A DNA stretch of 64,000 nt, from NCBI GenBank assembly GCA_965287045.1, contig OZ336886.1:23188001-23252000 (forward strand). The letters are read 5' to 3'. Both the position numbers and the translations under genes were made by a program. Positions 40,801-54,194 of this stretch are shown here, piece after piece (positions within the stretch are counted from its first letter, which is position 1; each line of letters opens with the position of its first letter). A model generated the notes under the pieces. The model worked only from the letters and a program-made list of their open reading frames with translations. It was not told where the DNA came from and made no database searches. This DNA is from Carcharhinus amblyrhynchos (taxonomy: Eukaryota).

Positions 40801-42828
40801 TTTTGCCATCAGAAGGAAGAAGTTTTTATTTAGTTTCATCTGTCTGAGTTGTGCAATGATTTAAAAAAAAATGATTTTCTTAATTGACACAGTGAAGAGT
40901 GAAAATGTCTAATTAGTATTTTTGAAGGCAATGTCAGAGCGCTATCGAACAACTGAAGGAATTGACTTGTGTACTCTCTTCCTTGTCTCCCTGTTTTTTG
41001 ATATTGACACCTTTTGAAACTTTAAATGTTTTGAATACAGTTGATTCAACATGGATTACTTTCCAAACTGTATTTGTGATCCAAATTAATCCAAATTCAG
41101 AATAACATACATAGTAGACACCTCAGCTTTAAATCACTTCTGATTTACTTTTGCCCTCCTGTAAATTTGCCTAACATGCCACTAGGATTTGTATTGCAGT
41201 TTCATGAGGTTAACTGTGATGCGAAAACCTGTAATAGCACTGTGTGTGTAATCAAATCCATTTTGGAATGCATCAATGTCATATCCATGGTTTAGCTCAC
41301 ATTGTATAACCAACACAGCATGTAACATCACTCCAGGTTAACATAATACTGTATAATGTAATTCTTGCTACTGTTCTTTTAAAATGGTAGCTAATTGGCT
41401 TGGAAATTATTCAGTTTAATTGAGGCACACTCACTGTGGTAACAAATCGCTGTCACCCCGATTGCTCTCCACAGTCCTGACACTAGTTTGTCCCACCTTG
41501 CATTGGCTTCCTCAGCTTTTAGCTGGCTAACGTTTCCCATCCTGCCAGTTGAACTTATTCTGTAACCGCAAAAGATTTTTTTTTAAAAAAAGTAAGCTAA
41601 ATTCACATTGGTAGGAAGAGAAACTAGGAAAGTTAACAAAGGAACTCTTAAAAGTAAGTCAACTACTGAAAGAGGGGATGAACGTAATCTAAGTCAGAAA
41701 TGCAACAACTGCTGAGAGAGAAAGTGAACTGGGAACAAGAGGTTGGGTCAGCATGGTCATGTATTTTCAATGACAAATTTATGCTGCTTTTCCATGAGGT
41801 TTGTGAAAATAGTTTATCAACTATTGGTTGTGGTTTCACAAATTTGTGGATAGTGAATTTGAAACATCAAATCCAAGATTCCTGGGAATTTCCAGCTCTG
41901 GGAATAAACAGGATGCCTGGAAACCAGTAAAAGCCTGCAGTTTGTTTGGAGTTGAGATGTGGTGTACTCAGTTGTGCCACAAGCATTGAAGTTACAGCCG
42001 TGAAATCACATCTTCACTGCCAAGCATCACTGACATTGCTTACTAATATTTATTTTTAATTTTGAGTCCGTCCTCAATAAAACATCACATGCAGGATTGG
42101 AACAGGAGTGGGCCATTCAGTCCATCGAGTGTGCTCCACCATTCAAGGCGATCATGGCTAATCAGACACTATATATTCTATGTCTTTATGTCTTTTATCC
42201 ACACCATTCCATAACCCTTTACTTTGTTAAGCAGAAATGATCAATCCCTACCTTAAACTCAATGGCTGATCTTCTATGGCCCTCTGGGGTAAAGAAATCC
42301 AAAGAGTCACAAACCTCTGTGCAAAGAAATTTCTCCTAATTTTGGTCCTAACTGGCTTCCCCCTTTTTTGAAATTCTGCCCTTGGTTCTAGACTCCCTAA
42401 CAAAGGGAAATATCTTACTTGCATGTACCCTGCCTATCCCTTTGAATGTTTTGTAGCTTTTAGTGACACCGCCCCTCATTCTTTGAAACTCCCAAGAATA
42501 CAGGTTCAGTTTGCCCAATCTCTCTTCATAAGACAGTCCCATCATCCCTGGAACAAGTCTGGTGAACCTTTATTGTACTCCCTCTGTGGCAATTATATCC
42601 CTTCTGAGATGAGGGGACCAAAATTGGACACAGTACTCCGCATGTAATTTAACCAAGCTTCCATACAATTGAAGCAAAACTTCACTACTCCTGTACCTGA
42701 ATTCTCCTATGATAAAGGATAATATCCCATTAGCCTTCCAAATGGTTGGTGCACCTGCATGTGTTAGTCTTTGGTGACTCATGGACAAGGGCATCCAGGT
42801 TCTCTTGTACACTTACTTACTAACTTCT

Positions 42829-43015
42829 GTGTCTGTATATTTTATATATTCTGTGTCTATATATGCCCTGTTTGTGAACCCAATTCTCCACTCACCTGAT
42901 GAAGAAGCAACGCTCTGAAAGCTCGTGCCACCAAATAAACCATTTGGGCTTTAACTCAGGTGTTGTGAGACTTCTTAGTGTGCCCACCCCAATCCAACAC
43001 CAGCACCTCGACATC
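42829..43015 (+). mobile_element. Penelope-like 3' fragment nested in the CR1, with hammerhead core
   Basis: Interrupts the CR1 and is flanked by a degenerate 13-bp direct repeat, CTTACTAACTTCT (42816-42828) and CTTATTAGCTTCT (43016-43028). Contains CTGATGA...GAAAGCTC. Confidence 0.78.
42893..42927 (+). ncRNA. Minimal type I hammerhead ribozyme motif (slightly decayed)
   Basis: CAC-CUGAUGA-AGAAGC-AAC-GCUCU-GAAA-GCUC-GUG. Both core boxes present, imperfect stem II, palindromic AGCU stem III, CUC cleavage triplet, CAC/GUG stem I. Confidence 0.65.
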
Positions 43016-44908
43016 CTTATTAGCTTCTTACCATTTAAGAAATATTCTACACACTGGTTCCATTTACCAAAGTGGATTACCACACATTTTTTCACATTAT
43101 ATTCCATCTGCCATAATCTTGCCCCTTACTATGTCCGTCTAAATCCTGTTGCAGGCACTTTACATCTTCCTTGCGACACAGATTCCTGCCTAGCTTTGTA
43201 CCATTCACAAACTTGGGAATATTACATTTGGTCCCTTCATCCAAATCATAGGTATATATTGCTGCCAACACGAGAATGACCCATTTATTCCTACTCATAG
43301 TTTTCTGCCTGGTAACCAATTGGTAAAGTGCAGTATCACTCTACTGATTAAAAAAAGGTATTGTAAATGTGCTTTACGTATCTACCAACAGAATCCATGA
43401 GCAATCTCTACATGTTGCTACAGTAACCTACAGAAGTTTTATGGAAGTGATGTCATAATTCTCTGTGCTTCCATTGGAACTTGGATCTGATAGTATAACT
43501 TCACTTTAAGGCACATTTTTTACAACTCCATTCTTTTGAAAATTATAGAGGATTTGTAATAGGAAATAATGAAATATTAATTTATATTTCACTGCTGAGA
43601 ATCACAAAAGTAACTCACCCATAATTTGTGCTGCTCATGAGTTCTAAGTTACCATTAAGATTGAAAACTAAACCACAGTTTCATTGTGGTCAACTCCCAG
43701 GACAAAACCCCAGTATAATTACATTGTTGTAACCTTAAATTTAAATCACTGAAATAAATAAAACTTGCACGAGGTTTTAGTTTAGCAGTGCACAGGTTTG
43801 ACTGCTGTAAGACTACAATGTACATTATGAAGGTAAATTACACAATGTTACAGTAACAGGAGCAATGTTACTTCATTAGTGTGTAGTGCACTATCAAACA
43901 AAATACTTGGCAAACTTTCTATGTCTTGTACTTCAGAATGCCATTGAGATTTGAAGACTCTCCCAGATGAGTATGTTCAGCTTCCCACAAGGTATTGTTA
44001 ACCTTCAGGTTTGATTAACAATGGACCCCATTACCAATATATTAAAACAAATAAACAGGCTTGAAAATTACTGTTGGCATTCATATTAATGAATGTATAT
44101 GAAGGGTCAGTAATTACACAAACAAAACAAGGAACATTTTTCTAGATTTGTGGCAATGTAAAATTGCTTGTGACATGGAATTTTCACAGTAACTTCATTG
44201 CAGTGTTAATATCAGCCTACTTGTGACACCAATAAGATAAGCTTAAACTTAAATCACTGCTTTCCATTAGATTGTTGAAGTTGTGAATCCAAATTCTTAG
44301 GCTTATTAGCACCAGAGTAATCGTTATTTAGATGCACCTTGTATGATTTTACAACATTCTATCTCAGCAGGAACAGTATGCTGAAAATAGCAATTTATAG
44401 ATGTTATCGTAGGAAGCTGGCACTCTACAAATCACTGTATCCTCCCTGGTGGAGCTATGTGGGAACCGCCGAGGAGTAGTGTCTCACGAGGCTGTGGCTA
44501 AATGATGGGGATGTGCCATCTGCTGAATGAAGACCTGCAAGCCCGGTCCAGTGTCAATAAACGTATCATGAATAGCCGTAAAAGTCACCACAGTCTGAAA
44601 TTTCTAAACTTAGGAACATTATGGCAATCATGGAGACTGTGCTGCAGATTTGGAGAACTTGCATTTAAGTCAGCCATGGTGAGTTCCTTTTGGCTGCCTG
44701 CTATGACAAGCTTTCTGGCACATCCATTGTGATTTGTGCAGAAGAGGTTGATGGTGCAGATATTGTTGTCACAACAGGCAATAAGTACACTATAGATGTG
44801 CTGCTGGGGTAGAGTGGTGCCTCCTCAACAAGTCCCTTGATTTGTATGAAAGCAGAGCATTGGTCATCTTTCAGGCTAGATAATGCCAGAATTAAAATAG
44901 TCAATATC

Positions 44909-45840
44909 TTTTTTTCAAAAGTATACTTTATTCATAAATCTGTGAGAACATTACAATCATTCCAAAATAGCTTGCGCACAAACAGCAATAACGTTCAGGT
45001 ACCTTATATAAGAACATAAGAACATAAGAAATAGGAGCAGGAGTAGGCCATCTGGCCCTTCGAGCCTGCCCCGCCATTCAATAAGATCATGGCTGATCTG
45101 TCGTGGCTCAGTTCCACTTTCCCGCCCTCTCCCCATAACCCTTAATCCCCTCTCTTATCAAAAACCCATCAACCCGCTTCTTAAAAATATTTAGCAAGGC
45201 AGCCTCCACCACTTCAACGGGCAGAGAATTCCAGAGATTCACCACCCTTTGAGTGAAGAAGTTCCTCCTCAACTCCGTTCTAAACCGCCCCCCCTTTACA
45301 TCAAGTAACATTCTGAGACGCTTTAATACATAAAATCAATGTTTCAGACATTTTACAATGGTCTTACAAGTCTTGCTAAGTTATTTTAAAAGTTGTCTAC
45401 ATAGAAGAAGTTGCACTCTGAGGTGTTTCAGTACAACTGAGATACGTGTAATATGCATTCAGTGAGTCATTCGGTCTGAGGTGGCTCTGCACCCTTTGCT
45501 TCACTGTGATTGAAAGGTCTTAGACAGCGACCTTTGTGCCTCTGTGACAGCTGCCCAAGCTTTAGTGCATCCCTTAGCATGTAGTCCTGGGTTTTGGAAT
45601 GTGCCAATCTGCAACACTCAGTCAGGGACAACTCCTTGTACTGGAAGACCAACAAGTTTTGGGCAGGCCAAAGAACATCTTTCACAAGTTGATGATCCTC
45701 CAGCAATAGCTGATGTCTGTCTCAAAGTACATCCCTGAGAACAGCCCATGGAGCACAGATCCTGCATCACAGACTGTTCTGGATAAACATCGACAAAGAA
45801 CACCTCACCTCTCTCCAGACTTTCTTTGCAAAAGCAGATT
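44909..45840 (-). mobile_element. L1-clade (Tx1-like) LINE 3' remnant
   Basis: Minus-strand peptide LVKDVLWPAQNLLVFQYKELSLTECCRLAHSKTQDYMLRDAL. Reverse-complement poly(A) signal and tail TTTTTTTCAAAAGTATACTTTATT at about 44909-44932. Confidence 0.7.
45008..45297 (-). mobile_element. Young CR1 3' end nested in the Tx1-like remnant
   Basis: KGGRFRTELRRNFFTQRVVNLWNSLP matches the large CR1 at 59760-59812; (AAGAACAT)n tail. Confidence 0.93.
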
Positions 45841-46999
45841 CCAAAAGATGTCAGTATTTGGATTTCACTGGTCTTACTCCCTAAACTTGCAATGTGTGTT
45901 TCATGGAGGCAAGTGACTGATGTTACCAGAAATTTCCACTTGAAAGGACTGTTAGCAAACTCCAAATCTTCAGATACTGCAGCAGATCAACCATTTGGGG
46001 CTTTCACCCAGCAAATACGCTGCTTTTATGGCCAATAGTACTTATTCCTCACCAAATCACCACAGCAACTAAAGGGTGAAAAATATAGTCTTGTGGTACT
46101 GAATTAAAAAGTGGCGCATACTGAAAACATGTTTTCTTCTGTATTTATGGGGAGTTCAGGAGCACAAGAGGGAGACTTGGATGAACCACAGGTTGGTATA
46201 AATGGTAAAAAGGGAACTATATTAAAAGAGTTGTTGTTTTCATCTCATCAGACATTCCCTTGGAGAATAGTATGAAGTAGTGGAAAGATTTGCAGGCTGA
46301 TTAACAGTCTAACAGGCGTGAATACTCTTTCCATAGCTTTAGCCATCTTTATACCAGCCAAGAGAGTGTTTACTCTGATACAGCAGTAGGGTTGTATTAA
46401 TGTCCTCATTCCTTGAAATAAGTGGAAGGAGATACAGCTACATATTTAAAAAAAAACACCTTTTTAGGTAAGGCCTCCCTTTAAAGACCATTGTTTATGT
46501 CAAATATAGACCACATTTTCTTGTGTATGGCTGGTCCAATACATGGAGCCTCTAACAGTAATCAGGATTCCTGTTTGCATATGCAAATTGTTTTAGGAAG
46601 GATCTGGGCACTTCTTTTTCTGCCTTTATCAATCTAATGGCTGGTTCATTAATGTAATAAGAATGCATTATATTGGATGCTTAGGTGTCTGTATTGTGCT
46701 GGAGAATCTGAATTTCTAGACCACTGCTGAGCTTACATTCCATTGCAACGCTAGATCTATTAAGACACCAGAACCTTCCTTGGAGTATCACGGTGGATTT
46801 AATAATTCTCATCATTATGTTCACACATGCTTCTCTGGAGGAATGGGTGTATGAAGAGACATCTTGATGCATGGAGTAATGGGCATGTTTTATCATCCAG
46901 CAGTTACCTTAACCCTTGCTCTTGCTCTTGAAATAGAGTGGGGATGCTGGACAACTGAAGTATAAATGTAGAACAACTCCCAGTACATTGTGAACCTAT

Positions 47000-47240
47000 A
47001 GATCACAGAATCAATGTGGAAGATGACCATTCAGCCCATATAGTTGGTACTGACTCTCCAACAGAGCAAGCCATCCAGGCCCTATCCCCATAACGTACTT
47101 ACCCGACTAATCCCGAAAGCCACACAATTGGGACACTAAGGGACAATTTAACATGGCTAATCTACGTAACCTGCACATCTTTAGACTGTGGGAGAAAACT
47201 CACACAGGCATGGGGAGAGTGTGCAAACTCCACAGAGACA
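47000..47240 (-). mobile_element. HE1-like SINE fragment
   Basis: CACTAAGGGACAATTTAACATGGCTAATC...TAACCTGCACATCTTTAGACTGTGGGAG...GTGCAAACTCCACA. Confidence 0.8.
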
Positions 47241-48149
47241 AACTTATGGTTGTCATGACAAATGAGCTTTAGATTTTAGTTCATTTAATTATGGGGGTAT
47301 TACATATGGGGCATGTTTCGCTACATAGGTCTAATCAATAGTCCTGACAACCTTGGAGAATCTGGCAATGCTGAAAAATGTGATGGCCCTCTCAATCATT
47401 TGTCTGGGAGCACTGGCAAATTGTACAAATTGAGCTGTACTGGGAAAAGGGTATGTAAGACCTTAACTTACAGAGGAATGGGCAACAAATTGGCAGATCT
47501 GTCAAAGATGCTGAGACTCTCTGTAATGAGACTATTGCATATTGATTGCATTCCTTGCAACATGGGAGCTGTGCATGTTGCATTTAGGTCTGACTGCAGA
47601 AATAAAAGTGCTCTTCAAAAGTTGAATAACTGAAGCACAGCCATCTGAGACAAACTCTGAGCAAGAGTCTTGGTAAAATGCTTGGGTCTATATGTCTGAT
47701 TTGATGAGTAGAGACAGGATGGTTGGATTGTTCTGTTGGAGTACATGATAAGTCTGGCCTAACTTAAGAGCTGCTGGCTGCTGCTCCTCCTCCCACATAT
47801 TGATCATATAAAATAGAATTCCCATTTAAAAACAATTGTGCAGTCCTCAGATTCAAGCTCAATCAGTCTGTCGAAATAGAATGCCTTCTGTGCTGGAGAA
47901 GGCACTCTGAATACAACAGTAAAAATATTTTTACACTGTCTGCCTCTTGGGTCACAAGACATGGCCACAAGCTTCTACAAGTAAGATTAAGCAAGAACTC
48001 CACTTTGATGTAAGGGACTTGGTATCTTTCAAATAGTGACTTGCAATCTCAAAAATATTTGGGGTAGGGGTAACAAATTTTTGTTGGGTGACTACATCCT
48101 GTTGTAACTCTTATCACATGCAAAGAGTAGCCACTACAAGTCCGAATGC

Positions 48150-48670
48150 ATTCTTCAGTAAATCTTGAAAATGAATGGATTTTATGCTGCACCAAATCTC
48201 CTGCTTATATTGGAACTGTCAGAATATCTTCCAGAACCCAAGAGTTTGGATTATTTACACTTTGGCATACTGAAAGAGGTTACTGATGAAATAGCAGAGA
48301 TACTAATCATACATTTCTACAAAGTATCTTTGGACAAAGACTTGAGTGTGACAACAATTGTTGCACCACTCTCCAAAACAAAAGGGAAAGAGATAAAGAA
48401 GGGGAATTACAGGCCTATTAGCTTCATGCTATTAGTAGGAAATCTACTAGAAACCATAAAAGTGATAACATTAGTGAACACTTATAAAGGTGTGTTCTAA
48501 TTGGGGCAATCAACACAAATTGGTAAGGGCAGGTCATGCTTGACTAAATTAATCCAATTCTTCTAGGCAATTACAAAATAGACAGTGGGAATGCAGTGCA
48601 GGTGGGAGATTTCCAAAAAGCACTTGACAAAGTGATAGGCAAGTGACTTTCTGCAAAGATTAAGCCCTAC
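48150..48670 (+). mobile_element. Old CR1 RT fragment
   Basis: ILKEVTDEIAEIL...GNYRPISF..LVGNLLETI, followed by decayed GRSCLTNL and DFQKA.DKV motifs. Confidence 0.85.
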
Positions 48671-48944
48671 TAAAGGCAGCAGCAAGAATTAAATTATGTA
48701 ATAAGCTAACATGATTAATCTTTCCAACTAACTTTGAAAATTCCAGTGCCAAAAAGCCAACTCTTAAAAGGCTGGGCCAGCCAGGCAGTCACATGGATGT
48801 TTTATACATGAGTTGTTTTGTGCTTGAAACATATTATGGGACTTGATACTTTAGTTTGAAGCCTTAGATACCCTAGTATACAACAAATAATTAGGCAACG
48901 ATTATCACCTGTGTTTATAGATTGTATTTTTGTATGTGTTTCAG

Positions 48945-49245
48945 TTTATTTATTAGTATCAAAAGTAGGCTTATGTTAACACTGCAATGAAGTTACTGAG
49001 AAAATCCCCGAGTCGCCACACACCTATTCGGGTACACTGTTGGAGAATTTAGCATAACCCATGCACCGAACAGCATGTCTTTTGGACTCTGGGAAGAAAG
49101 AAGAGCATTGGAGGAAACCCACGTAGACACAGGGGGAACGTGTAGATCCCTCACAGACAGTAACCTGGGAATCGAACCCGGGTCCCTGGCACTGTGAGGC
49201 AACAGTGCTAACCACTGTGCACTGAGCCACCGTAACACTGTGCCT
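48945..49245 (-). mobile_element. HE1-headed SINE with second tail type
   Basis: TTTATTTATTAG...ACACTGCAATGAAGTTACTG...GGGAATCGAACCCGGGTCCCTGGCACTGTGAGGC...GTGCTAACCACTGTGC. Confidence 0.9.
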
Positions 49246-49491
49246 TAGTCTGATTCATGTTAATTATTCATTTTCTAATTGTTCCCTAACTTTACTATAA
49301 ACTTCATACTAGCTTTCAGAAAAAAAGTGAGCTTGATTCAATTCACTAATTTCTTACCTTGCCAGGTGCCAATGGGGATAGACGAACTGTCCTTGATATT
49401 GTCCTCATCCCTCGCTCACCTAGTGCCTGCATTCTTGGATATATTTTTGTAATAAAATTTCTATTGAAACTATCTTCTTGGGGGATAACAT

Positions 49492-49826
49492 GGGCAGCAT
49501 GGTGGCACAGTGGTTAGCACTGCTGCCTCATATCTTCAAGGACCCAGATTCAATTCTGGCCTTAGCGGGGACTGTGTGGAATTTGCACATTCTCCGCCTG
49601 CCTGCGTAAGTTTCCTCCAACAGTCGAAAGTTGTGCAGGTTAGATGGATTGCCTATGGTAAATTGTCCCTTACTGTGCCAAGATGTATTGGTTAGGGGAA
49701 CTATCAGGGTAAATATGTGGGGTTACAGGATTAGGGCTTGGGTAATATGCTGTGTTGGAGAGTTGATGCAGATTTGATAGGGTGATGAGGCCTTGCAGTG
49801 CAAATGGAGGACATATGATTCTATGA
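49492..49826 (+). mobile_element. HE1-like SINE
   Basis: GGGCAGCATGGTGGCACAGTGGTTAGCACTGCTGCCTCA head; ATGATTCTATG tail. Confidence 0.88.
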
Positions 49827-50349
49827 CATGAAACTGCTCATCATTGTGGCAGCTTATCAGCTTCTGAATCTGAGAAAGGGTAGATCCATGGGAGAGTGCG
49901 GTCTCTGCTATTTTATGCATCAGAACACAATAAGAGCTGAGAATGCAGCCCCTCCCGAGCCTACCTACCATTCATTAGGATCATGGCAGATTTTCTCTAC
50001 TTTTCTGCCAGATTCCTAAATCCACAGGTTCCCTTTGACTCTCAAAATCTATCCATTTCAGTTTTGGACAGCCTTGGGAATCCACAACAGTGAATTCCAA
50101 GATTCATAACTCTCTGACTGAAGAAATCTTTCTTCATCTGAACTATAAATGGCTGTCCTTTTACCCTGATACTATTCCCCCTAGTACTACTTTTTTTTAA
50201 AAGAGTCTTAGGCTGAACAGGAGCCATACCAAGCTGTCTTACAATCAGAAAGAATGCTTTCTATGGTGCATCTGTAAAAGTTGGTCTGCATATGTTGGTC
50301 CAGTTATGTTTTTGGTTAACCCCCAAGATGATACCAGAAGCATTCTAGG

Positions 50350-50600
50350 CCTATGGCACCACACCCGGTTCTGCTATAGAGCAAGCGACCAGTAGTAACA
50401 GGGGACTCACTAGTTTGAGGCACAGACAGGCATTTGTGTGGCTGCAAGAGAGACTCCTGGATGATGTGTTGCCTCCTTGGGGCCAGGATCAAGGATGTTT
50501 CTGAGCAGTTGCAGAACTTTCATAAGGGGGAGGGTGAGAAGTTATTGGTACCAATGATATAGGCAGGAAAAAGGATGATGTCCTAAAGTGTGACTATACT
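50350..50600 (+). mobile_element. Old CR1 ORF1 SGNH esterase fragment
   Basis: Decayed GDSLV, CCLLGARIKDVSEQLQN and IGTNDIGR motifs. Confidence 0.75.
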
Positions 50601-51689
50601 GCAGATAGTTCTGTTCAATTTCAGTACAGGTACAATGGGGGCAGCCCATTTAGAAAACTATATTAGCCTAATGATTCCTAATTCTCCCAAACATGTATGT
50701 TCTGTCTCAACTTTTTGATACAAGGCATAAGACACCAAGCAAGAACTAAAGATACTTGGGGTAGCATCTCAATTCATGTAAATTTTAGTCACAATTTCCT
50801 GAATTCTGCCTAATTCATTGTGAAAAGTTTCTTGGTATTTTTTAAAACTCCTTGTAAACTACCATCAGATATGTTGAAGATAACTAGCCAATTTAGCTTT
50901 ATTTGCATAATTAATCTTGTCTCATAAGACTATACCCTGGTCTTTTGCAACAGTGATCAGTAATTGAGCGGGTTGGTGCTGATAAGTCAGTGCTGTGGAT
51001 AATATTCATCAGAATTTCTGGTTTGTTGACCTGTTAACTTTTCCTTCTGTCACTGCCTTGCTCACTGAGTTTCTGCTCGGTCTCTCCTGTGGGCTCAACT
51101 TTGTCCTCCTAACTTCCAAAGCTTTGTACCAAAGTTGATTCACCTCGCTTGCACGCACGCATTGTCACTCAAGAGCACGTCTCTCTGCACCATCAATTGC
51201 CTGAGCTATTTCCATGGCTTTCTCGAAGGAAATCTTATCCTCTGCCGATAGTTTTTTTTTGCATATTAAAGTTATTTATGCCACAAACTAATCTGTTTCA
51301 TAGCATGTCACTTAGCGTAGCTCCAAATTTGCATGTTTCAGCCAATTTTCTTAATCTTGATATATATGTCACAATTGATTCCCGTTGGATCTTTTACAGT
51401 AGAGTAAAACTTAAAACATTGCATGATGATAGGCTAAGGTTATAATGAATGTTAAACAAAGTTATGAGCTGGTCAAAAGATTTAGTATCTGGAGTTTCTG
51501 GGGATGTTAAATTTCAAATATTATGAGCCTGAGGTTCACATACCATAAGCAGGATTACTTTTTATCTATATTCTTCTGTAATTGCATTAGCGGTGAAAAA
51601 TAGTTTGTAACATTGCAGCACTCTCCTCATGCTGCACCAATGCATCAACATAGATCATTAGCCTACATTGATAATCTCCTGAATCAGAC

Positions 51690-51870
51690 CCCAGCTGGAG
51701 TGTTGTGTAGTTATCTAAGGAAGGATAGATTTGCCATAGAGGGCATACAAAGACGATTTACCAGACTAATCTCTGGGATGGAAAGATTGTCATATAAAGG
51801 AAAGATTGAGGAATCTGGGGCTGTTTTCTAGAATCTCAAAGAATGAGAGGTGACCTCACTGAAACTTAAA
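51690..51870 (+). mobile_element. CR1 ORF2 fragment
   Basis: YLRKDRFAIEGIQRRFTRLISGMERLSY. Confidence 0.8.
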
Positions 51871-52359
51871 ATACTCAGCTAAGATGGCAGTTTACAAAGT
51901 TTAAAATTTCAGCACTTCATATGCTTACTGGAGATGATTATTGTAACTGGTATGGCATTAGTTACCTCAGTGTGAATTCTGAGGATTGCACAATCTCAGT
52001 ATGAACAAGAAGAGTAAAACTGTGGACAAATAATGTTGAAGCACCTTAAGCAATATTTAATTAAATCTTGATTACTGAAGAAAAAAGCCCAGCATTTAAG
52101 TTATAGTTTACTTAGCAGGCAGTATGAGAGGATTGTTCAAACATGAGGGTTTAGATTTCATGAAATTGAATCTTGGAATGGACATCATTTATTGCCCATC
52201 ACTAACTGGCCTTTGGAATATGGAGGTGAAGCTTTTCCTTGAACCACTGTAGCCAGTGTGGTGAAGGAGCTTTTTTTCTGCTGAATGTATTACAGCGATC
52301 ATGAAGGAACTGTGGCATAGACCCAAGTCAGAATGGTTTGTGTCTTGGAGAGTAACGTA

Positions 52360-53615
52360 GAAACATAGGAGCAGAGTTAGCCATTTGGCCCATCAAGTCT
52401 GTTCTGCCATTCAGCTAGATCATGGCTAACCGTCTACCTCAATGTCATTTTCCTGCACTATTCCCATATCTCTTGATATCACTAATATCCAGAAATTGAT
52501 TATTGTTTTGAATATGCTCAGCAATTAAGCTTCCACAGCAAACTGGGATAGAGAATTCCAAAGATTCCTTCTCATCTTGATCCTAAATGCCCTACCTCTT
52601 ATTCTGAGATGGTGTGCCCTGGTTCTAGACTCACCAGTCAGGGGAAACATCTTATCTATATCTACCATGTCACATGCTGTATAAGTAAGTTTCAATGAGA
52701 TCATCTCCCATTCTTTGAAATTCTGAAAAACAGACCCAGTTTCCTCAATCTTTCCTTGTATGACAATCCTGCCAACCCAAGCATTAGTCTGGTGAATGTT
52801 CTTTGCATGCCTTCTATGGCAAGTATATCCTTCCTTAAATAACCGTACACAATACTCCAGCTGGGGTTTCCCCAAGCCTCTACGCATTTACATCAAGACA
52901 TCTTTATTCCTGTATCAAATCCCCTTGCAATGAAGGTCATGATACAATTTGCCTTTCGAATTGTTGCTGCATCTGCAGCTGTTTTTGTTCATTTGTGGGA
53001 CATGAATGTTGTTGGCTGGCCAGCATTTATTGCCCATCCCTAATTGCCCTGTGGTGATGTGCTGCCTTCTTGAATTGCTGCAGTCCATGTTCTGTGCGTT
53101 GACCCACAATGCCGTTAGGGAGAGAATTTCAGGATTTTGACCCAGCAACTGCGAAGGAATGGCGATATATTTCCAAGTCAGGATGGTGAGAGGCTTGGAG
53201 GGGAACTTCATGCTAGTTTTAGTGACTCATGAGCAAGGGTGCCCAGGTCCCTTTGGGCATTAACACTATACTCTGCCTTTCTGTTTTTTAGACCAAAGTG
53301 GATAACTTCACATATATTGAGATCATATTCCATCTTTCTTGTTTTTGCCCATACACTTGCTCTGTCCAAGTCACCAGGAAATCTTGCATTCTCTTCATAA
53401 CTTACATCAGCAAATTTGGAAATATTACATTTGCTCCTCACATCCAAATCATTTACAGAGACTGTGAACAGCTGTGGCCCCAGCACTGATCTTTGCGGTA
53501 CCCCACTAGTAACAGCCTGTTATCCTGAGAATGATCCATTTATTCCTTCTCTCTGCTTTCTGCCTGTTAACAAATTCTCAATCCATATCAGCATATTACC
53601 CCCAATTCCAATCAG
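52360..53615 (-). mobile_element. Decayed CR1 RT 3' part, with another non-LTR 3' fragment nested at about 52985-53210
   Basis: Minus-strand LGPQLFTVSVNDLD...SKFAD and KPQLEYCV, plus a CR1 tail. The insert ATTTATTGCCCATCCCTAATTGCCC also occurs at about 52187-52210. Confidence 0.88.
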
Positions 53616-53726
53616 CTTGACGATAATGGTGTTTCTAAGCATCCTGTGCACTTACTTTTCTAGATGGCTGAGGTCATGGGTCTTGGAGCTACTGTCTGAA
53701 ACAGCCAAATTGAGTTAAACATTACA

Positions 53727-53977
53727 TTCTTCACTCAAAGGGTGGTGAATCTCTGGAATTCTCTGCCCATTGAGGTGATGGAGGCTGCCTCGCTAAATAT
53801 TTTTAAGACGTGGGTTGATGGGTTTTTGATAAGCGAGGGGATTAAAGGTTATGGGGAGAGGGCAGGAATGTGAAACTGAGCCACGACAGATCAGCCATGA
53901 TCTTATTGAATGGCGGGGCAGGCTTGAAGGGCTAGATGGCCTACTCCTGCTCCTATTTCTTATGTTCTTATGTTCTT
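53727..53977 (+). mobile_element. Young CR1 3' end
   Basis: TTCTTCACTCAAAGGGTGGTGAATCTCTGGAATTC...CCTATTTCTTATGTTCTTATGTTCTT; possible TSD ATTACA/ATTGCA. Confidence 0.92.
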
Positions 53978-54194
53978 ATTGCAGCCACAAGTGGAGGAAA
54001 TAGATATGCAAGATGGCGGATGAGTTGCTGATCACATAGATGGCAGCTTCATGGATTGTTAAGGCAGCTGGATCCATCCAGACAAGTGGAGAATATTCCA
54101 TCCTGAGTCTCATAGCAAAAAGAACAACAGCCACAAAAAAATGGACTCCTATTAAAATAATGAAAAAGTTAAACCATAGCATCAAAGGGGAATA

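Larger units (their letters stand above)
42090..43320 (-). mobile_element. Decayed CR1 LINE ORF2 3' part
   Basis: Minus-strand ORF fragments KANGILSFI...EVLLQLY...EYCVQFWSPHLRRDI, LSYEERLGKLNLYS and MEYNVKKCVVIHFG, plus a CR1 tail. Confidence 0.92.
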
